Source: Thermoplasmata archaeon (GTDB taxonomy: Archaea; Thermoplasmatota; Thermoplasmata; Sysuiplasmatales; Sysuiplasmataceae). From it: a DNA stretch of 64,000 nt. Shown piece by piece: positions 57,924 to 64,000 of the stretch. Under the pieces are notes generated by a model, which was not told the origin of the DNA, made no database searches, and saw only the letters and a list, made by a program, of their open reading frames with translations. The first letter of the stretch is position 1, and each line of letters starts with the position of its first letter. Position numbers and translations under genes: made by a program. Location: NCBI GenBank assembly GCA_021806165.1, contig JAJZXY010000007.1, positions 15,059 through 79,058 on the forward strand, given 5' to 3'.

Positions 57924-58853
57924 ATGGAAAGACTTTTAATCGCACTGAATCTCGGCAGTTGGAAGATGAACATAACCAAGACGAACATAATTCTGTGGAG
58001 GGTGGTCTTCGAGCCGCACCTCCTCATCAGCTTCCTCTATGTTGTGCTCGGCGTGCTGATTGCTGCCAGGCAGGGCATATTCTCCCTCCCCCTCTTCCTC
58101 ATGACGCTGATAGGCGCGGTCGTTTCCCAGATTGCGGCAAACACGTATGACGAGTATTTCGACCACAGGATAGGAACTGACCTGATTACAGAAAAGACTC
58201 CTTACAGCGGCGGTGGAAGGATCATATTTCCCGGCGGACTTGCGCCGCGTGATGCATTCATACTTGCAACGGTGGCTCTGATAGTGTCATTCTTCTTCGG
58301 AGTTTACCTCGCGATAGTTTCGGGCTGGGAGCTTATACCCCTCTTCTTCCTCGGCGGATTCGCCGGAACATTCTATTCAACCATATGGCAGAGGAACGGC
58401 CTGGGAGAATTCATGCTGTGCGTAATTGGCCTCATTGTCATGGGTGCATACTTTGTCCAGACAGGCTACTACTCTGTGGAGTCTGTTGCAGTGGCAATCC
58501 CATCCGGGATGCTTATTGCCAACCTCGTTATAATGAACGAGGTGCCTGACGCGGAGGCCGACGCCGCCACGGGCAGGAGGAATGTCACCACCACGCTGGG
58601 CAGGACCAATGCGATAAACGCCTACGCCCTGATCGGGGCCGTGATATACATCTGGGTTGTGGCTGCAGCACTTCTGCGCATCACTCCGCCCTACACAGTC
58701 ATATCGCTCCTCTCCGCTCCCCTCATATACAGCTCATTCCTCCATGCCAGAAGGGGGCTTGGGGACAGGCCGCTGCTTATCCGCGCACTGAGGAACAATA
58801 TCATCGGGATGTACGTGTTCATCATACTGATGGTGGCTGCATACCTCGTCTGA
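57924..58853 (+). CDS. MenA-like UbiA-family prenyltransferase
   Basis: NTYDEYFDHRIGTD...TPYSGGG, GLGE, NEVPDAEADAATGRRN; about nine TM segments. Confidence 0.88.
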   Translation: MERLLIALNLGSWKMNITKTNIILWRVVFEPHLLISFLYVVLGVLIAARQGIFSLPLFLMTLIGAVVSQIAANTYDEYFDHRIGTDLITEKTPYSGGGRIIFPGGLAPRDAFILATVALIVSFFFGVYLAIVSGWELIPLFFLGGFAGTFYSTIWQRNGLGEFMLCVIGLIVMGAYFVQTGYYSVESVAVAIPSGMLIANLVIMNEVPDAEADAATGRRNVTTTLGRTNAINAYALIGAVIYIWVVAAALLRITPPYTVISLLSAPLIYSSFLHARRGLGDRPLLIRALRNNIIGMYVFIILMVAAYLV

Positions 58854-58903
58854 GTGTGCAACGTTTATTAGCAGATGGGCAATCTCAGGCAGCAGCGCTT
58901 GGG

Positions 58904-59800
58904 ATGATGATGCACGCTATTGTATGGCTCAAGGGACTCCGTCTGCCTCTCTACTGGGCTTCGGGAGCACCCATACTGCTGTCGCTTGCACTGGCCCTCG
59001 GCTCCTCCTCGCTGACCAGACCCGTCCTGTGGGCTGCTGGAGCTGCGGCGCTCCTGATATTCGAGGTGGGGGTTAACATAGTGGCCGAGATAGCCGACAG
59101 GAGCGAAGGTGTCTTCGTCACACAGCGCGAGGGCTGGTTACCCACGGGACCCTACCTCATCGAGGAGACTGGTATAAGCAATGAGAAGATGGAGAGGTAT
59201 GCTGCCCTCTCATTTGCAGTTTCAGGACTCATAGGACTCTACCTTGCATTCGTGACAGGTTTCGTTGTCATACTGCTGACAGGGGTTGCAGGACTCGCAC
59301 TGACGCTCATCTATGCGGCGCCCCCCCTGATGCTTGGGCTCAGGGGGCTAGGGGAGCCTGTGCCCTTCCTTGCATTCGGGCCGCTTCCCGGCTTTGCACT
59401 CTACTTCCTTGCAACAGGCGCCATCTCTGCTGAAGCTGTCCTGCTGATGCTCCCCACGGCCTTCTGGATCACTGCGGTAAGATTTGCCCACCACCTGCCA
59501 GACAGGAGCATGAGAAGGGGGGCGAGATTCGAGGGGACGCACAGGCTCAGGGTGAAATACTCTTTACAGCTGCTCACCGCATTTGTTCTTCTTGCCATTG
59601 CCAGCATCGCAGTGATGCTCCCTGTTTCAGGCCCTTACACGCTTCTCCCCGTTGCAGCAGCCGCACCCTTCACATGGGCTGCTCTCAGATCCAGCAGGAG
59701 GGCGGCAGGCAATGCAGTCTCAGTCTCAAGGGGGACGAAGTATTATGTTGCCCTCCAGATTGCTGGCAGCGTGGCGATGGCAGTCGCACTCATCCTCTGA
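58904..59800 (+). CDS. Second MenA-like prenyltransferase paralog with degenerate Asp motifs
   Basis: WLKGLRLP, NIVAEIAD, YAAPPL.LG.RGLGE, HHLPD; about nine TM segments. Confidence 0.78.
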   Translation: MMMHAIVWLKGLRLPLYWASGAPILLSLALALGSSSLTRPVLWAAGAAALLIFEVGVNIVAEIADRSEGVFVTQREGWLPTGPYLIEETGISNEKMERYAALSFAVSGLIGLYLAFVTGFVVILLTGVAGLALTLIYAAPPLMLGLRGLGEPVPFLAFGPLPGFALYFLATGAISAEAVLLMLPTAFWITAVRFAHHLPDRSMRRGARFEGTHRLRVKYSLQLLTAFVLLAIASIAVMLPVSGPYTLLPVAAAAPFTWAALRSSRRAAGNAVSVSRGTKYYVALQIAGSVAMAVALIL

Positions 59801-59844
59801 CCTGCGAAAGATTAAGAGCATGGTTGAAGCGATATGGTGATGAA

Positions 59845-60969
59845 ATGCTGCTCCTATGCAACCGCCTGACCCGGGACAGTGACTGCTATCTGCAAGGGGA
59901 TGTCTGGAGACTGAGGGCAGGCGGACTCACGGAAGAGGCGTGCGGCAGGCTCTCGGCCGCCCTGTCTCGGGCGGGTGCCGCCTGGAAGAGACGGGATGCT
60001 GCCGCGGAGAGGCTGATAGTCGCCGAGGGGAGCCTTGAGGCAATCAGGGGGGCAGTCGAGAAGGGCGCCGGTGCGGAGGGTGGAGGCGAACTGCTTGAAC
60101 AGGCCCTCAGGAGGAGGCGGGAGAGGGGAGGAGTGCTTCCCCGCGCACTTGAAGGCATGCAGGCCGCGGGCGCAGCCGTCATGGGAATACTGAACGTAAC
60201 GCCCGATTCGTTCTCGGACGGCGGCCTCTATTTCGAAAGGGAGAAGGCTGTTGTGAGGGCGCTGGAACTCCATTCATCAGGCGCGCATATCGTCGACATA
60301 GGAGGGGAATCCACGCGCCCGGGTGCGGAGAGTGTTTCTGAAGAGGAGGAGCTGAGGAGGGTCTTACCAGTCATCGAGGGGATCATGGGAGAGAGGAGCA
60401 TTCCCCTCTCCATAGACACGATGAAGAGCGCGGTCGCGGCTGCAGCGCTGGACGCAGGTGCACTTGTGGTCAATGATGTCGGCGGCATGGCTTCCGCCGG
60501 TATGAGGGCCGTCGCAGCAGAGAGGGGATGTCCGGTGGTTGTGATGCATATGAAGGGGAATCCGCGCAGCATGCAGGAGGACCCCAGGTATGCGGATGTT
60601 GTTTACGAGGTTGCATCCTTTCTTGCAGAGAGGATAAGGGTGTGTGTCAATGAGGGGATGGATGAGTGCAGCATTATCGTTGATCCAGGCATAGGCTTCG
60701 GGAAGACGCCTGCGCACAACCTGCAGCTCCTGTCGGAGCTTGATGCTCTCTTCTCCCTCGGAAGGCCGGTACTGGTAGGCGCATCCAGGAAGAGTTTCAT
60801 CAAAGCTGCAGGAGGAGAGGGGGGTGGCAGGCTGGAAGGGAGCATCGCATCCGCGCTCTATGCACATATGATGGGAGCTCAGATTCTGCGCGTCCACGAT
60901 GTTTCAGGGACGGTGAGGGCGCTGTCTGTGTGGGATAGCATTGACGGCGGCAAGGCACCGCCCCCGTGA
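59845..60969 (+). CDS. folP: Dihydropteroate synthase with N-terminal extension
   Basis: MGILNVTPDSFSDGG, IGGESTRPG, SIDT, MHMKG, DPGIGFGK, GASRKSF, LRVHDV. Confidence 0.95.
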   Translation: MLLLCNRLTRDSDCYLQGDVWRLRAGGLTEEACGRLSAALSRAGAAWKRRDAAAERLIVAEGSLEAIRGAVEKGAGAEGGGELLEQALRRRRERGGVLPRALEGMQAAGAAVMGILNVTPDSFSDGGLYFEREKAVVRALELHSSGAHIVDIGGESTRPGAESVSEEEELRRVLPVIEGIMGERSIPLSIDTMKSAVAAAALDAGALVVNDVGGMASAGMRAVAAERGCPVVVMHMKGNPRSMQEDPRYADVVYEVASFLAERIRVCVNEGMDECSIIVDPGIGFGKTPAHNLQLLSELDALFSLGRPVLVGASRKSFIKAAGGEGGGRLEGSIASALYAHMMGAQILRVHDVSGTVRALSVWDSIDGGKAPPP

Positions 60970-60978
60970 CCTCCCTGG

Positions 60979-62265
60979 TCACATTTTTCTGTATGCGGAA
61001 AGCATGTCGCGGAGCATCCTGATTCTGGATACCTTCCCCTTCATGTTTTCGGACAGTATTGACGAGACGCTCCCGTGGCCGAAGCCGTCGATGCTGAAGA
61101 GATCTGACATGAAGTCGGAGATGAGGTGTGTATAGTCGGAGAATATGCGAGGGTTGTGCAGTACGTCCGCGCCCCTTTCCGCCCTCTCGAGCTCTGGCAG
61201 CACTGCTTCAGCAAGGTGGGAATGGTATGATGCAAGCTGTTCGCGGCTGTATCCGCCGGATGAATGGGCAGCCACAACAGCCTTTGCTGCCGCCTCCCCG
61301 GAAGCCATGGCGAGGTCCACACCGCGGTATGTGAAACCATGATTGATGAACAGACCCGCGGCATCCCCCGCAGCGATGAAATTGCCCCTGACGAGATTCT
61401 CGGGCGCAACCGGAACTGAGTTGGGAATCATGTGAGCGGAGTATTCAATAACACTCCCTCCCCTCAGCAGCCTCCTCATGAAAGGGTGCAGCCTGAAATC
61501 CTCCACCAGCCGCTGAACCTCGATCCTTGACGCGGAAAGTTTGACCGGGTCTGCCACCACGCCTATCGAAACGCTGTCTGAATTGGTGTAGATGAATGCG
61601 CCGCTCGCCTCGAGATAGCCGGCAGGGTAGCCGATAAAGACAGATGCCGCCCCTTCGTCGTCTTCGAGGGAGAAGCGGTCATTGACCTGCTCTCTTGAGA
61701 GCTTGACGGTCTCCTTCACTCCCACCTTCACCTGGCCGGGCAGGACATCGCTCCTGAGGCCGCCCCTGCGGGCAAGCGTTGCCGACACACCTTCGGCATC
61801 CACAACGCAGTCCGCGTCAATGCTCTCGCCTGCGGAAATGATGCCCCTTATCTCCCCATTTTCAATGTAGAGGTCGTCAACCCTGGTGCCTGTCACGAGG
61901 AGTGCGCCCTCAGCCTCCGCCCTTTCCGAAAGCCACTTGTCGAACCGCGACCTCCTTGCTATGAAACTTGAAGCATCGCGCGTCCCCCTCCTCCTGGATG
62001 AGAAGTCAAGCAATGTGCAGTCGGAATCGGTCATCAGGCCGAGCGACTCCCTGACAACATATCTCTCTACGGGAGCTTCGTCCCCGAAATTCCCGAATAT
62101 GCGCTTCAGCACGTGAGAATAAATCCTCCCTCCGAAGATATTCTTCTCTCCGGGGCTCTTCCCCCTCTCCAGCAGCAGCACCTTCAATCCCCCCCTGGCC
62201 ATGAGGTATGCTGCCGTGCTGCCGGCCGGCCCGGCTCCTACCACTATGACATCGAACTTCTCCAA
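60979..62265 (-). CDS. FixC-like FAD-dependent oxidoreductase (ETF-quinone oxidoreductase family)
   Basis: FDVIVVGAGPAG, ERG..PG.KN.FGG, EYSAHMIP, AGDAAG, RGVDLA..SG; TTG start at 62265. Confidence 0.88.
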   Translation of the reverse strand: MEKFDVIVVGAGPAGSTAAYLMARGGLKVLLLERGKSPGEKNIFGGRIYSHVLKRIFGNFGDEAPVERYVVRESLGLMTDSDCTLLDFSSRRRGTRDASSFIARRSRFDKWLSERAEAEGALLVTGTRVDDLYIENGEIRGIISAGESIDADCVVDAEGVSATLARRGGLRSDVLPGQVKVGVKETVKLSREQVNDRFSLEDDEGAASVFIGYPAGYLEASGAFIYTNSDSVSIGVVADPVKLSASRIEVQRLVEDFRLHPFMRRLLRGGSVIEYSAHMIPNSVPVAPENLVRGNFIAAGDAAGLFINHGFTYRGVDLAMASGEAAAKAVVAAHSSGGYSREQLASYHSHLAEAVLPELERAERGADVLHNPRIFSDYTHLISDFMSDLFSIDGFGHGSVSSILSENMKGKVSRIRMLRDMLSAYRKM

Positions 62266-62416
62266 GAAAGTCAGCCCGTCTGTGGTTATGGCTGATGCTC
62301 TAAATACACTTTCACGCGACAGCCGCGCGCCGCGGTGAAACATACCTATTTATCTGATTTGCCTTTTGTCAAACACAGGCGCTGTCTGAAGGACAGAGCG
62401 CCCGAATGTGATTCAA

Positions 62417-63364
62417 ATGTCTGGTGTCCATAAAATATCAATGATAGGGGCTGGCAATGTAGGCGCAACCGCCGGGCAGAAGATAGCCGAGAGGAATATA
62501 GCGGACGAGGTTGTGTTTGTCGACGTTGTTGAGGGACTTCCTCAGGGAAGGGCCCTTGATATGATGGAGTCGGCGCCTGTCGAGGGGTTCAACACAAAGG
62601 TCAGGGGGACCAATGATTTCTCAGAGATCAGTGGTTCGGATGTCATAGTGGTAACTGCAGGACTTGCACGAAAGCCTGGAATGACAAGGTCTGACCTGCT
62701 TGACAAGAATGCATCCATAATGTCCGGTGTCAGCGAGCACATCAGGAAGGAGGCGCCAAATTCCATCGTCATTGTTGTCACGAACCCAATGGACATAATG
62801 ACATACCTTACCTTCCGCAAGACAGGTTTTGACAGGAAGAAGGTCATTGGGATGGCGGGCGTCCTTGACACTTCAAGGTTCAGGACATTTGTTGCCGAGG
62901 CTCTTGGCATGTACCCCTCCCAGGTGACAGGTTTTGTTCTTGGCGGACATGGCCCCTCGATGGTGCCCGTGATAAGCAACACATCCGTCGGAGGAGTTCC
63001 GCTTACGCAGCTCATGAGCAGGGAGAAGATAGAGCAGATTGTGCAGAGGACAAGGATGGGTGGCGACGAGATCGTCAACTTCCTGAAGACAGGCAGCGCC
63101 TTCTATGCCCCGGCCTCCTCAATCTACGAGATGGTAAAGTCCATTGCGCTGGATGAACGCAAGGTGCTGCCATGCTCAGCTTTCCTGGACGGCGAATACG
63201 GCATAAGGGACATATACACAGGCGTCCCGGTTGTGCTGGGAAGCGGAGGGATAGAGAGGGTGCTGGAACTTCAGATTAGCCAGGAGGAGAGCACCGCCCT
63301 GAAGGGAAGCGCGGACGCTGTGAGAAAGGACGTTGAGCTGCTGAAGGAGCACAAGCACCTCTGA
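62417..63364 (+). CDS. mdh: Malate dehydrogenase (LDH-like)
   Basis: GAGNVG, TAGLARKPGMTRSDLL, VTNPMD, LD.SR, GGHG, SAFYAP. Confidence 0.96.
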   Translation: MSGVHKISMIGAGNVGATAGQKIAERNIADEVVFVDVVEGLPQGRALDMMESAPVEGFNTKVRGTNDFSEISGSDVIVVTAGLARKPGMTRSDLLDKNASIMSGVSEHIRKEAPNSIVIVVTNPMDIMTYLTFRKTGFDRKKVIGMAGVLDTSRFRTFVAEALGMYPSQVTGFVLGGHGPSMVPVISNTSVGGVPLTQLMSREKIEQIVQRTRMGGDEIVNFLKTGSAFYAPASSIYEMVKSIALDERKVLPCSAFLDGEYGIRDIYTGVPVVLGSGGIERVLELQISQEESTALKGSADAVRKDVELLKEHKHL

Positions 63365-63365
63365 G

Positions 63366-64000
63366 TCAGTAGAAGACAGGCTCGAACCGTTCGTCGCGAT
63401 AGTGCTTTCCGCGCCTCCCCTCAATGGGGATGCCGTGGCCGCAGGTCGTGCACCTGTTGCTGCTGTCGAGGTTCCACGATGTGATGGCAAACCCGTGCCT
63501 CCCGACGGCGATGGCCCCGCACCCCGGGCAGTAAGTGTTCTCATAGGGGTGGCCGGGCACGTTGCCTATGTAGACGTAGTTCAGCCCTTCCGCCCTTGCA
63601 GCCTCCCAGTGCCTCTCAAGCGTGTATACCGGAGTTGGAGGGAAGGAGGACATCCTGTAGTCGGGGTGGAATCTGAGGAAGTGGAGAGGAACGTCAGGAC
63701 CGTAATTGTCCATAATCCACCTTGAAAGCCTGTGAGCCTCGCCAAGGTCGTCGCCCACGCGCGGCACGACGAGGTCTGTGAACTCCACGTGCACATTGGT
63801 CCTCCTCTTCAGTTCCAGCAGGTATGCGAAGATGGGTTCGGGGTCCTGAATCCCGATGTACTTGCGTACGAACCCCCTCTCAGCATTCCCCTTGAAGTCC
63901 ACTGTGATGGCATCAAGAAAGTCATTGACCAGGGGAATGGCATCAGGTGTGGCATAACCATTTGAAACAAACAGGCTGAAGAGTCCCTCCCTGCGTGCCG
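63366..64000 (-). CDS. Radical SAM enzyme, AmmeMemoRadiSam/PFL-activase-like (5' part outside window)
   Basis: Open to the window edge (VSNGY...DAITVDFKG); LHFLRFHPDYRM, GLNYVYIGNV, TYCPGCG. Confidence 0.85.
   Translation of the reverse strand, partial: ARREGLFSLFVSNGYATPDAIPLVNDFLDAITVDFKGNAERGFVRKYIGIQDPEPIFAYLLELKRRTNVHVEFTDLVVPRVGDDLGEAHRLSRWIMDNYGPDVPLHFLRFHPDYRMSSFPPTPVYTLERHWEAARAEGLNYVYIGNVPGHPYENTYCPGCGAIAVGRHGFAITSWNLDSSNRCTTCGHGIPIEGRRGKHYRDERFEPVFY

Noticed and set aside
1-64000. tRNA, rRNA, SRP/RNase P RNA, CRISPR arrays, IS elements, Sec/Pyl read-through
   Set aside because: None recognised by eye; intergenic gaps are short and no regularly spaced repeats or interrupted conserved genes were seen. 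tRNAscan/Infernal would be needed to exclude small RNAs formally.

Overview
This is a 64-kb, densely coding, GC-rich chromosomal segment of an archaeon. It encodes a thermosome, PAN, proteasome alpha, exosome Rrp4/41/42, SRP19, Rpo12, aIF-2beta-TRAM and RaSEA. The DnaK/J/GrpE set, DUF2240, DUF835 and the aIF-2beta-TRAM fusion suggest a Thermoplasmata-like euryarchaeon; PAN argues against classical Thermoplasmatales (inference). Most of the roughly 65 genes are housekeeping. Five things stand out. (1) A co-oriented 8-gene cluster at 14996-20948 encodes a VirB2-like pilin, a 33-aa unannotated membrane peptide, a VirB6-like protein, a PrgI-like protein, a VirB4-like ATPase and three accessory genes. 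No relaxase, coupling protein, integrase or att site is visible, so it looks like a domesticated minimal T4SS / Ced-Ted-like DNA-transfer machine. (2) Four genes, including core rrp4, have ACG where the initiator ATG is expected, each behind an SD-like motif. (3) A GNAT sits next to an anticodon-domain-less CysRS paralog with MshC-like signature residues, which may be a thiol-conjugate pathway. (4) Bacterial-type metabolic modules are present: PntAB transhydrogenase, fba with a PPi-type PFK, and menG-menA-menA'-folP. (5) A RadA-like/arCOG07300/PolB2 cassette sits at the left edge. I recognised no tRNA, rRNA, CRISPR array or IS element. All family calls are from motif recognition by eye; no searches were run.
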